A stretch of 64,000 nucleotides of DNA from a virus (taxonomy: Duplodnaviria > Caudoviricetes): positions 1 through 64,000 of IMG/VR virus record IMGVR_UViG_2657245668_000002; one strand, given 5' to 3'. Shown piece after piece: positions 9,196 through 18,777 of this stretch (within the stretch, counting starts at the first letter, position 1; each line of letters opens with the position of its first letter). Under the pieces are notes generated by a model. It did not search any database. It worked only from the letters and a program-made list of their open reading frames with translations, and was not told where the DNA came from. The translations under genes were made by a program, and so were the position numbers.

Positions 9196-9489
9196 GTTTA
9201 TAGTCTGAGGTTATTCTAATTATATTAGAAAATGTCAACACAATTGAGGTTATCAAAGTGATAATTTTATCAAAATTTGATATTGATCAACATTTTTCCT
9301 TATTGAGGTGATTAAACAATAAACAAAAAGGGGCGTATATCAGAATGGAAGCTGACTTATTGTAAGATATTTCTTATGCGAGATAATTTATTGTTATTTT
9401 TACAACAATAAATACGGCTCTGTTGCAGTAATCCGTCGTCAGGCAATATGTTATTTTTTACGATGTTTTCTGCGTATACCACTGAAAAT

Positions 9490-9610
9490 ACAGCACTGTT
9501 CATTGATATGGTCGCGCAATGTATTTGGCTTGAACCTACACAATTTGGAGGAGATGATGGCAGAGTACGGTATTATCATTGACCATTCCCCGCTTTACCA
9601 TTGAGTCACG
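9490..9610 (+). mobile_element. IS6-family transposase relic
   Basis: Translates as LHNLEEMMAEYGIIIDHSPLYH, like the IS6 N-terminal LRNLEEMMAERGI.VDHST motif. Confidence 0.6.
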
Positions 9611-9840
9611 GAGTGCCCCTGCGTCCATAGCCATTTACGTTCAAAATATAGATTGACTCTTTTCACTGTCCGGCGCAGCAGTTAGCTTTTCATGGCCATC
9701 AACCTGTCGATATGTTCACATTTCTGGTGGTAATACATAGATAAAGAACGTTGCATTAGATTAGTTAGGCGTCATTTTGCAAACGATGAAGCCGCTAAGT
9801 ACTTCTTTCAAAATTTCATGAGATCAGAAGTTTAGCCGGA

Positions 9841-10059
9841 CGATTGTATGAAAAGGAAAAAGGTAAGGAATTTGCGATGAAACTACTGGGGCATAAATCG
9901 GAGAAGATGACGAACAAGTATCTTGATACGAGAGGGAAAGAATACGTGATGCTATAAAAGACCGAATATCAGATTTCGATAAAATTTCGATAAATTTCGA
10001 TAAACCACAAAATTCACCTTTAAAATCAATGGGTTAAAAATAGACCGAATACGATTCCT
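9841..10059 (+). repeat. 219-bp direct repeat copy 1: integrase 3' end + att site
   Basis: Near-identical to 24075-24293; encodes LYEKEKGKEFAMKLLGHKSEKMTNKYLDTRGKEYVML*; 3x TTTCGATAAA; IHF-like AATCAATGGGTTA; core AGACCGAATACGATTCCT. Confidence 0.95.
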
Positions 10060-10468
10060 CTTTCAGGTTAAAATCAATAATATGATTATAAATCAATAGG
10101 TTGATCTCGTAACCTCCTGTGGCACACCTTGGTTTTCCTTATTACTCTCTCCTTTAAGTTCAAATAGTTATCTATTAATTCGGAATCATTCGTAAAAATT
10201 TCGTAACGCCAATGATGACTGGACATTAAAATATTATTGATCTGGCGAGGGTAAATTCACTATGCATCGATAATTCAATAAGTTACGATTTTTCCTTTTA
10301 GGCCCGAAAGCATGGCAACAGACCAAACAAGACATGATTGACAGCCCAAAATGCTAGTTTGTAAATACCTTTACTGCAACGTAAAAAATTATTGGCCTAA
10401 CCTTTTAAAACCTTTATAGATATGACAAAATATTTCCAATCGTAATAATATTATAAGGTTAGTTTTGT

Positions 10469-11887
10469 ATGCACAAGATATTCAGAGGTTTTTATACACC
10501 TAAAGAGGCTGATCTCGCGGCACTTTGGCAAGATGAAAAAACTATATTTATTTTTGATACCAATACTCTATTTAACCTTTATAGATGCGAAGAACAAACA
10601 AGAAAAGACTTACTTAGTGTAATGAATCAGTTGTCTTCACGCTCATGGTTCCCATTTCAGGTTTATTACGAGTATCAGAGAAACAGGAAAGAAGTAATTT
10701 CAGATAGTCTAAGAAGCTTAGAAACAACAAAAAAAACCCTTCAATCTATATCAACCCAAACTGATAAAGCATTATCTGAGGGGAAAATCAAAAAACACCT
10801 TTACTCTTCATTATCCGAAGAGCTTACTATTCTGCAGTCTGAGCTTAATAAGCCTATAGAAGAATTCATTAAAAATAAAATAGACCCACGAATTGAGCAA
10901 AAAATAAAAATTGCAGGAAGTGATTTTATTCGTTTAGAAATTGACAAAATAATTGGGGAAAACTGTGGCGAACTACCAACACAAGAATTAATTGATAAAA
11001 TAAATTCCGATGGAGAAAAACGCTATGCTGCCTCAGTACCGCCTGGGTTCAGTGATGCTAAAACGAAAAATGGAACCTGTTATTTCTCCGAAAGAATATT
11101 TACTGATAAATTTGGTGATCTTTATCTATGGATGGAAGTTCTAAAAAAAGCAAAGCAATCAGATGGTCATAATATATTTTTTATTTCGGATGATGCAAAA
11201 AAAGATTGGTGGTTTATGCATAATGGAGAACGCGTGGGGCCTTTAGAATCACTACAAACAGAAATATATAATGGATCGAATATAAATTCCTTTAGAATGT
11301 TAACTCAATCCAGTTTCTTGTTTGAGGCGCAAAAACACTTATCTGGTGTTACAGTTAATCAATCTTCAGTAGATGAAGTTCATAAGTTTTCAATGATAGA
11401 TGAAGATCAATTCTATGAATATGAAATGGATGAAGACAATTTCATTACGATGACTAACTTTAACCACGAAAATAGAAACATTAAAGATAATATACATTGG
11501 TATAATGAATTTTCAGATGAAGAAAACAAAGAAATAACTTACAGCGCCAGATACAACAATAAAAAATTGTTAGAAAATTACCGTGTAACTGTAGATGATT
11601 TTAATCAGTCAAAAGAACTATTAGAGTTGTTATTAGATAAAGCAACAAATTTTTATGCTAATAAACGCATTCATGCACCTATCAAGGTTGCTTTAAAAAC
11701 AGTATTAAAAAATGCAAATGAAAACATCGATAACACCCAAGTGTTAATTGACATACTTCATCACAGTCTATTTACCGGTGAGATATCAGAATTCCTCTTG
11801 AATTATAAAGAATATAACGAGCATATATACTCACATTTACACTTGCTAAACAAAAACATAAAAAAAGCTGAATCTTTATTAAATTAA
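10469..11887 (+). CDS. PIN-like domain protein (PIN_8/DUF4935 type) with helical C-terminus
   Basis: FIFDTNTLFNLYR, PFQVYYEY, PPGFSD, FGDLYLW, FISDDAKKDWW acidic motifs; AT-rich moron next to att. Confidence 0.85.
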   Translation: MHKIFRGFYTPKEADLAALWQDEKTIFIFDTNTLFNLYRCEEQTRKDLLSVMNQLSSRSWFPFQVYYEYQRNRKEVISDSLRSLETTKKTLQSISTQTDKALSEGKIKKHLYSSLSEELTILQSELNKPIEEFIKNKIDPRIEQKIKIAGSDFIRLEIDKIIGENCGELPTQELIDKINSDGEKRYAASVPPGFSDAKTKNGTCYFSERIFTDKFGDLYLWMEVLKKAKQSDGHNIFFISDDAKKDWWFMHNGERVGPLESLQTEIYNGSNINSFRMLTQSSFLFEAQKHLSGVTVNQSSVDEVHKFSMIDEDQFYEYEMDEDNFITMTNFNHENRNIKDNIHWYNEFSDEENKEITYSARYNNKKLLENYRVTVDDFNQSKELLELLLDKATNFYANKRIHAPIKVALKTVLKNANENIDNTQVLIDILHHSLFTGEISEFLLNYKEYNEHIYSHLHLLNKNIKKAESLLN

Positions 11888-12234
11888 CATGCTAGATATC
11901 TAATAATACTCTACCAGAATCGAATAGTTTAGGTAAATCCATTTTGGATGCCGGGCAATTAAGCCCGGCTTGTACTTTTATAATACTGGTCATATTTCAA
12001 TCGTTATTATCATCACTCTTCCCCCTCTCATTATTAGCCCGCTTTACTCTTGACTCATGAAACTAAATAAAAAACAATCCCATTTGTTATAAAAACGGTC
12101 ATTTTAATAAGCTTTAAATACCAATTGATCGGCGGTAACGATCAATGCCGCGAAAACGATCTGTTATACCTATTTGATATGTACATGGTGCAAACGTAAT
12201 ATTTCATTTTATAATGAATAATAGTGGTGACTAA

Positions 12235-12465
12235 GTGAAAACAGATGAAGAAATATTATCCACTGAATTTGAGATGATAATTTCACGACTACGTGAAAAG
12301 CCGAAAAGTATATATGGTGGCATTGTCATATTCCTAAAGGCCATAGAGTTTATATTTAAGTTTTTAACCTTTGCTATTCAACCCATTGCAATCCCCATTT
12401 TTGCACTTTCATTGCTGGCTTTTGCTGGAATTATTTTTCATTTTATTGTGTCTAAAATATTATGA
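12235..12465 (+). CDS. Small membrane protein (moron)
   Basis: 76 aa, hydrophobic C-terminal half, AT-rich, opposite strand to the tail genes. Confidence 0.5.
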   Translation: MKTDEEILSTEFEMIISRLREKPKSIYGGIVIFLKAIEFIFKFLTFAIQPIAIPIFALSLLAFAGIIFHFIVSKIL

Positions 12466-12488
12466 TGAAAAACAAATATACGTATTTA

Positions 12489-12875
12489 TTATTGAGGCAG
12501 CTCCGGCCAAGTGATATCAGGTGCTGTCGATACATCTAACTGCTTTAAAGCAACCACGTATTTCTTCAATTTGACTAAACGAGTCGTACCTTCATCATCA
12601 ATAATTCCCAGCATCAGGTCAGTTTGCAGCGCGGTAAGCTCGTCCTGAACTAACCAGATTCTGCGGCTCCGTTCCCTTTCCGCTTCTGCCACCTGCATTT
12701 CTTGCAACCAAACCATATTTACGACGATAGCATCATGGGTAAATGCATCTAAATACTTTTGCGTAGCGAAATTGACCACTGTCATTCCGCGCCCACTTGC
12801 ATTTTCAAACACGACAACATAAATATTGTCGTATGCGTCGTTGTCTGGTTGCTCTTGATTAATTAGGTTTTCCAT
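12489..12875 (-). CDS. tfa: Tail fibre assembly chaperone
   Basis: C-terminal LQTDLMLGII...KKYVVALKQLDVSTAPDITWPELP typical of Tfa. Confidence 0.85.
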   Translation of the reverse strand: MENLINQEQPDNDAYDNIYVVVFENASGRGMTVVNFATQKYLDAFTHDAIVVNMVWLQEMQVAEAERERSRRIWLVQDELTALQTDLMLGIIDDEGTTRLVKLKKYVVALKQLDVSTAPDITWPELPQ

Positions 12876-12885
12876 TTTTTATTCC

Positions 12886-13974
12886 TTACGGGCCAACAAC
12901 GATGACATAAAATTCCGGCCAGTCAGTCCAGTCATAACTTACACCACCATCGCGGGCGTTCTGAATGCTAAATGAATTAGGCGTTCTATTCCAAATATTG
13001 GCGGAGTGAGCATTTAATGCACCATTTTGCGTGCCGCCATTAATCCCAACCGTTACCGCATACGCGCCGTTTGACGTTGACATGACAAAGTTATAGCCGC
13101 CAACGTTGGTACGGTTTATCGCAGCAAAGCCAAATGAGCTAATAATTGTGCCGTTTCCTTGCACTGCCGCCCACGCCCTGACTCGGTGGTCTGTGCGGTT
13201 AGACAAGTAGGTAGATAAGTAACCGCCCCAGAGCGGGCCGTAGATATTACCGTCAGCTGCTAGCCATGCGGCAGTATTACCCGCATAAACAGTACCTTCT
13301 GCTATCACTCCTGAGCCTTTTAAGTTACCTGCCGTAGTCAGAGTGCCGGGAAGACTAATAGCGGTACTGGTAGACTGGACTGCATTTACTATCCGGCTAT
13401 CATCGCCAGCGGCAGCAGTACCGGCAGGTTTTCCGATATCCAGCACTGCCGCCCCTTTAAGCCCTAAATTGGTTCGTGCGGCGGTCTTATCTGCTACATC
13501 GTTGAAGTTTTTGCTTTTCTGTAATGCATTGGTAGCAATGGCTGCGGTATCCGTTAAGCCAAGGTTAGCAATGGCGGCAGCTATTGCCTCTGGCCCTGCA
13601 GCCGCGATTTCAGCGAGGTTATTAGCCGTCTGCAAATAGGTGCTGGCCCCCTCTTTACGCCACACACCAATATCTAATGTGCCTGTGGGTTCTACGCCGG
13701 TGTTTTCTGACAATGCAATATAGCTATTGCCACCGTGGCTCACTCTCGCCCCTGCCTGGTAGGGGGCATCGGCAAACCAAATTAGCTGCCCAAGGTTTTG
13801 CAATTCCTGCAAGGCTAAATCGACCCGGTTATGCCACCAGTTTTCCCACTTGGCCTCGGGCGGATCTTCTGATGCGCCCCCTGCCCAACCACGCGCAATC
13901 AGACCATCGCCGGGGCGTTCAAATTGTGCGGGCACACTGGCCCACGGCTGATTAAAGCTGTCATTTCTGGCCAT
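12886..13974 (-). CDS. Tail fibre protein
   Basis: Start MARNDS at 13974; GW..G..PP..WENW baseplate-attachment motif; ARTNLGL repeats; DGNIYG..WGGYLS. Confidence 0.85.
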   Translation of the reverse strand: MARNDSFNQPWASVPAQFERPGDGLIARGWAGGASEDPPEAKWENWWHNRVDLALQELQNLGQLIWFADAPYQAGARVSHGGNSYIALSENTGVEPTGTLDIGVWRKEGASTYLQTANNLAEIAAAGPEAIAAAIANLGLTDTAAIATNALQKSKNFNDVADKTAARTNLGLKGAAVLDIGKPAGTAAAGDDSRIVNAVQSTSTAISLPGTLTTAGNLKGSGVIAEGTVYAGNTAAWLAADGNIYGPLWGGYLSTYLSNRTDHRVRAWAAVQGNGTIISSFGFAAINRTNVGGYNFVMSTSNGAYAVTVGINGGTQNGALNAHSANIWNRTPNSFSIQNARDGGVSYDWTDWPEFYVIVVGP

Positions 13975-13987
13975 ATAGTGGCTCCAA

Positions 13988-14632
13988 TTAGATATAAGCG
14001 CCCATGCCGTAAGGCTGAGCGTCGAAGGTGCCTTTATAGGCAAAGGGATGATGGTTAACACGGATCAAGCTGGCTTTGACGCCTTGCGGTCGGGGGATTA
14101 AATCAAATAGCTGAATAAGCACTAAGACATTGGCGGGGATCGGTTTATCGACCCAGATAGTTTTCATGGTCATATCCTGCCCATCGATGATGGCGGAATT
14201 AACATCCAGAATGTAATCAACCGCAGTTTTGATTTCATCCAAGGTAGCGTTGGTGTTGTTTTTCTGGATCTTGGCTTTGATTAATACGCGATAGAGGTAA
14301 TCCGATACCGGAACTTTGCCGATTTGTTCATGCGGCGCTTTATACGGCGCGACATTATAGGGCTGTGCGCCGCCGGTACCGTTATAAGCAAATATCGATA
14401 AGTAATCGCTGCGGATGAGTGGCCGCTCAGTAAATCCGGCAATGCGACCACAGATATCCAGTTGATCGCCCTCGGCATTATCAATATCCAACAGGTTATT
14501 GATTTTAGTGATCTGCTCTTCCAGTGCAGATTGGCTGATGTCCGGTAAAATACTGATCCATTCAACTAATTTCGGCGCGTTTTTATATTGCAGGTAAATC
14601 CGTGACAGTGCTTTTTTGCGGTGGTTATACAT
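13988..14632 (-). CDS. Baseplate protein (DUF2612-like)
   Basis: LDIDNAEGDQLDICGRIAG, D..YR.LIKAKI, PRPQGV. Confidence 0.8.
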   Translation of the reverse strand: MYNHRKKALSRIYLQYKNAPKLVEWISILPDISQSALEEQITKINNLLDIDNAEGDQLDICGRIAGFTERPLIRSDYLSIFAYNGTGGAQPYNVAPYKAPHEQIGKVPVSDYLYRVLIKAKIQKNNTNATLDEIKTAVDYILDVNSAIIDGQDMTMKTIWVDKPIPANVLVLIQLFDLIPRPQGVKASLIRVNHHPFAYKGTFDAQPYGMGAYI

Positions 14633-15824
14633 AAACCACCTCGATATTCTCAGTACTAAACACGCCGAGCTGATTAAAGGCTATTCTCACTGCACTCTCA
14701 TTGGCCTGTTCGACAGCAGTACCGACGGTAATCGCATTCACAAAGCCATTACCGGCCACCAAATAATTGACTGGGGTAAATAAACGGCCCGCGCCAATAC
14801 TTTCACCAATTTTAAAACCCAACTTAGAAAAACCATTGGTTTGATCAAAGCCGGTAATGCTGTAATCGACAATCGCCTGCTTTATCTCTTCGTCAATAAA
14901 TTCGCTATTACTGGCGATCTCTACCCGTACATAAACCGGTATTAGTTGGGGGCGAAAAAAGGTTACGGTGATCGGGTTACCTTTTGGGGTAACAGTATCC
15001 AACGAGATTTTATTAGGGAAAGTGTTATAACGGTTTAACCCACAGCCGGGGCTTTTATTGATGGCAATACTGTTAATAACATCCTCGATGCTGCCACCAT
15101 CAACAAATATCGCCATTGAGTGACCGAGCACCCCATTCTCGTCGGCTTGATCCTCAAAATTTTCATAAATCCGCGCTCGTTTAACATCATCAATATTGAC
15201 CAGCGCCGCATAAATATTATCAATCTGATTGGAGCCAGGTAGCGCCACTGATTCATTGCGTCGGATGCGAAATGCGTTATTGGTTTCTTTATCCAACCCC
15301 ATTGACGCTGCAGTGTTATTTGTCACCGCCGTAATGCCGCCGATCGATGTGGCAATAATGGTCAGATTATGACTATTGGCCCCCTGCGCCCCTGCCAGCG
15401 TACAAGTGACATTCACCGTCGCATTCCCTGCCGCGTCAGTAATAACATCACCATCAGTCGCCCATAAGGTATTAGTCGCCCTATTTCTGATTAATGTCCC
15501 GGCATTGATCGGCGTAAAAGCGATGCCGCTAAAATTAACGGTAGCGGTTGAATAGGTCGCATTTTTGCGTTTGATTCCAGCGAACGCGGCAATGCGGTCT
15601 AATTGTTGGTCAATCGCTGAATTGGGATCGGCGGCGTGATAAGCATTAATTACCGCTTCATCCAAATTAGCTAATGCCTCACACCAGACCGCTATTGCCA
15701 GACCATCTGGCGATTCCGGGTTAATATTCCAGCCATCATCAATAGCAAGATAACGCTGGCGCATAGTATCCAGATATTCACTCAGCGTGGTGCCGCTAGC
15801 CCCGTCACGATTAATGGTGGCCAT
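14625..15824 (-). CDS. Baseplate J/gp47 family protein
   Basis: A...QLDRIAAFAGIKR, GLDKETNNAFRIR motifs; position in baseplate cluster. Confidence 0.85.
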   Translation of the reverse strand: MATINRDGASGTTLSEYLDTMRQRYLAIDDGWNINPESPDGLAIAVWCEALANLDEAVINAYHAADPNSAIDQQLDRIAAFAGIKRKNATYSTATVNFSGIAFTPINAGTLIRNRATNTLWATDGDVITDAAGNATVNVTCTLAGAQGANSHNLTIIATSIGGITAVTNNTAASMGLDKETNNAFRIRRNESVALPGSNQIDNIYAALVNIDDVKRARIYENFEDQADENGVLGHSMAIFVDGGSIEDVINSIAINKSPGCGLNRYNTFPNKISLDTVTPKGNPITVTFFRPQLIPVYVRVEIASNSEFIDEEIKQAIVDYSITGFDQTNGFSKLGFKIGESIGAGRLFTPVNYLVAGNGFVNAITVGTAVEQANESAVRIAFNQLGVFSTENIEVVYV

Positions 15825-16174
15825 TAGATAAGATCCTCAGTGAACAGGAAATCAAATGCGTCGTTATTAATATCAATCACCGCGGCAAATATCGTTATTT
15901 TGCGATTCTTCATATCGAGATCCATTTCAAAGCGGTTAATGGTCAGCACGCCTTTGGCCGCCAATAAGCGCTGTTTAATATTGGCTTCGGCAATATCGCG
16001 TGAGGTTTTGCCCAATATGCTTTGAAACCACGGCGTTCCCTCGGTGGCATCAAGAAAATACTCGCCAAGAAATAATCGTAGGCAGCAGATCATGGCTTGC
16101 CGGGTTTCTTCTTTGCCGCTAGCAAACTGGCTGCCGTGGGTAACAATGTCGCCATTTTGGAAATTGCGGATCAC
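15824..16174 (-). CDS. Baseplate wedge/gp46-like protein
   Basis: GTG 16174 with GGAGG SD; LRLFLGEYFLDATEGTPW. Confidence 0.75.
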   Translation of the reverse strand: MIRNFQNGDIVTHGSQFASGKEETRQAMICCLRLFLGEYFLDATEGTPWFQSILGKTSRDIAEANIKQRLLAAKGVLTINRFEMDLDMKNRKITIFAAVIDINNDAFDFLFTEDLI

Positions 16175-16247
16175 AGTGCCTCCGGAAACAAAAAGCCCCG
16201 GCATAAGCCAGGGCGATAATAGGTAGGATTCAATCAGGATAATGAGG

Positions 16248-16928
16248 TTATTGCGGCCCATCAGTGCGATCATTGCCGCGTTGCACGCCACCGTGGTCGT
16301 GGTCGCCAACTTCCAGCTCGCCAATCGCCAAACCACCTTGGGTAACCTCAGTGCGGCCATTAAGGGTGGTTTGCCCATTATTGGTAAACTCTGGGCCGCT
16401 ATAACTCATGCCAGATTCGGTAAGCGCCAATGTGGTACCGCCAGCCGTCAAAGTCATTCCACTATCAGTGAGGTGAATACGCACCCCGCCACTTTTGTTA
16501 CTTAAACCAATCCCCTCGGTCGGCAAGCCCGCAATCGCGGTTTGTTGTGAGCGGTAGCCAGGGGCAAAGAAAGCATCGGACGGATTAAACATCCGTGCAT
16601 CCAGTGGTGCTACCGGCCCCCCCTGACTGAGCCAATTGTCGATAGAACGTTGGCTGAAATGAATATAGCCCTCGGTACCCGCGGGTAATTCATGAAAAAC
16701 CGTCCATTCGGCACTACCAGAAAATTGCACTGGCACATGTTCAATAACGGGGAGTGTCTTAAATTGACCGTCACCGATATGGCGCTGAATGCCGCACTCC
16801 ACCACTGCGCGTTGCAAATCGGCGTTATAACTAATGACTTTACCAGGCATGCCGATCATCAGGTCACGCACCATATCGCGCTTGAGCAGCATCATGGTGC
16901 TATACAGCGGGTTGCTCTCAATCATCAT
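16248..16928 (-). CDS. Baseplate spike (Gp138-like)
   Basis: MPGKVISY, FSQRSIDNW, C-terminal HDHGGV metal-binding tip. Confidence 0.85.
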   Translation of the reverse strand: MMIESNPLYSTMMLLKRDMVRDLMIGMPGKVISYNADLQRAVVECGIQRHIGDGQFKTLPVIEHVPVQFSGSAEWTVFHELPAGTEGYIHFSQRSIDNWLSQGGPVAPLDARMFNPSDAFFAPGYRSQQTAIAGLPTEGIGLSNKSGGVRIHLTDSGMTLTAGGTTLALTESGMSYSGPEFTNNGQTTLNGRTEVTQGGLAIGELEVGDHDHGGVQRGNDRTDGPQ

Positions 16929-16932
16929 TACC

Positions 16933-17826
16933 TCAGGGCATTCGCCATTGACTGATCAGCGTAGTTTTCCACGTATCACCCCATAAGGTGCCTTCGTGGT
17001 AGGTACGCAGCACATTAAACTGGCCGGTCTGCTGCTGAATATTCGCCAGATTATTGAGGTCGGTGTTATACATGCCGCTAAAATTAATCGTCCAAAAACT
17101 TGAGGTGACATTAATCACATCGGCCGGCTGAATTTGATGATTCATTTTGACGTCAATTTCCATGGTGCTGAGATACCAGCGCGGGACACTTTCCATACCA
17201 TTTTTAGCGGTGATCTCATGGGTCGCCCATTTTCTGGCGGCTCCCTCTCTGGCTAATAGCACCCTTGATGGCGTGATCATCCAGTAATATTTCCAGTCAT
17301 CTTTTACGCTATCGAGAATATCGCGACACAAGCGGCCACCAGAATTATAGGAAGTGGCAAAACGCGGTAAGTCGGAAAAGTCACCAATCACTTCAACATC
17401 AAGGCCAAAAGCCGCGGCGACATCTTTGAGCATTGCAATAGCAGGCGTATTCGCGCCCCAGGTTTTAAATATCGTGGTATTCCATGCCAGACCAATCGTG
17501 CGGCAATATAACCGCAGGCAGGTATTTACCCCCTCTTTGACCACTTCGACATTGTGAATCCGTCCGCTGAATATCGTGCCGATGTTGTCGCCATAACCAG
17601 CTTTTAATACCAAATTGCCATAACGCTTTTCTTTGTCGTCATAGCGCTGGATCAAGGCGCGGGTGCGCGCTGAAATGCCGTAAAGGGTAATTCTGGCGGT
17701 GGCATCGACATTCTGCGGGGTATTATCGACAGCAAAACGGATCTCTAATGGCGGCTGATAGGTAAGTTCATCGCCACTCACTGGGGTAATGGTCAGTAAG
17801 TAATTGCGGCCAAAATAGCTACTCAT
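16933..17826 (-). CDS. Baseplate hub protein
   Basis: ITLYGIS, LKAGY....IFSG, H.G...G.TW.T motifs; synteny. Confidence 0.75.
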   Translation of the reverse strand: MSSYFGRNYLLTITPVSGDELTYQPPLEIRFAVDNTPQNVDATARITLYGISARTRALIQRYDDKEKRYGNLVLKAGYGDNIGTIFSGRIHNVEVVKEGVNTCLRLYCRTIGLAWNTTIFKTWGANTPAIAMLKDVAAAFGLDVEVIGDFSDLPRFATSYNSGGRLCRDILDSVKDDWKYYWMITPSRVLLAREGAARKWATHEITAKNGMESVPRWYLSTMEIDVKMNHQIQPADVINVTSSFWTINFSGMYNTDLNNLANIQQQTGQFNVLRTYHEGTLWGDTWKTTLISQWRMP

Positions 17827-18109
17827 TATCGGGGTACCATGTCAGGCAATTATTAATGCCAAGATTGGCGATGGTCGGGGTCTCCCCGGCTAATATCAGT
17901 AGGCCAATATCGGTATTGAGTCCCGCCAATAAATTAACGCCAATATGCAAAGCACGCCCCAAAACTACCGGCTCGCCCTGTTCATAAATATCGACGCAGA
18001 AATAATTAAAACGGGTGAGCCAGTGCAAACGAAAAACCAAATAGTGATTATTTAATTGCACTCGAAAACGCTGCACCGCGTAACCATTATTTAATGGGAT
18101 AACTTTCAT
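17819..18109 (-). CDS. Small baseplate (plug) protein
   Basis: IPL..Q.F.VQL motif; synteny. Confidence 0.65.
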   Translation of the reverse strand: MKVIPLNNGYAVQRFRVQLNNHYLVFRLHWLTRFNYFCVDIYEQGEPVVLGRALHIGVNLLAGLNTDIGLLILAGETPTIANLGINNCLTWYPDNE

Positions 18110-18777
18110 TACGTGGCCTCGACAAAAACTTCACCAAATGAGTATTCACGTTGCCCCTGAGTGGCAGCACTATCGCCATAGGGTAAGTTGTCATTGGTTT
18201 CAGCAACGGTGTCGTAAATAATATTGAGCTGTAACAGTTCAACCACAATCTCCAGCCCGCCCTCATTCTCTTTTTTCAACTGGGTGCGGGTATTGGTGAT
18301 CAGGCAATTTTTATAGGCGGCCCCACGGCTGGCCACTAATTCGAACGGCGTATGTGAGCGCTGCAACTCACGCAATTGTTCGAGTAAATTTTGCGAACGG
18401 GTTGAGCGCGATTGTGATCCCAGGCTGCCGGAATACAAACTGGTGCCAACCGAAGCAGCCACTCCTGCCAGCGCCGCCGCCCGGCCAGAAAGCAAACTGG
18501 CCGCCATACCAGTAGTGATACTGGCTCCGGCCCCCAGTAGTCCGGAAATACTGCTATCTTGCTGGGCCAGCAGTTCACGAAACCAGTTATCCGACACACC
18601 GATAATCATGGTTAGCGCCAACGCGCGCGTCACCGCGTTATCGTGGGCGGTATTGGCATCTTCCAGCGGGAACTCACTGACATCAGTACGCAGCTCGCTC
18701 GACTCTTCCAGTAATGCATCAAAATAGAGATTGCCGATTTTCGGTCGGTTACGGGTAAATAGTCCGGTAATAGCCAT
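18109..18777 (-). CDS. Baseplate/tail tube initiator protein
   Basis: FDALLEE...V..FPLE.....HD.AV; follows the tape measure gene. Confidence 0.7.
   Translation of the reverse strand: MAITGLFTRNRPKIGNLYFDALLEESSELRTDVSEFPLEDANTAHDNAVTRALALTMIIGVSDNWFRELLAQQDSSISGLLGAGASITTGMAASLLSGRAAALAGVAASVGTSLYSGSLGSQSRSTRSQNLLEQLRELQRSHTPFELVASRGAAYKNCLITNTRTQLKKENEGGLEIVVELLQLNIIYDTVAETNDNLPYGDSAATQGQREYSFGEVFVEAT

Larger units (their letters stand above)
1..10059. mobile_element. Cryptic lambdoid prophage remnant 1 (extends left of window)
   Basis: Repressor, Q, holin and endolysin in lambdoid order; ends at an integrase 3' fragment plus att core at 9841-10059. No cro/cII/O/P or recombination genes visible. 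Confidence 0.75.

Noticed and set aside
9973-10004. Tandem TTTCGATAAA repeats as iterons or a mini-CRISPR
   Set aside because: Only three 10-bp units directly after int, duplicated at ~24207-24238; better explained as integrase arm-type sites.
11949-11971. CCGGGC-ATTAA-GCCCGG hairpin shared with ~51220
   Set aside because: Both are ordinary bidirectional terminators between a moron and the end of a tail operon; short similarity only.
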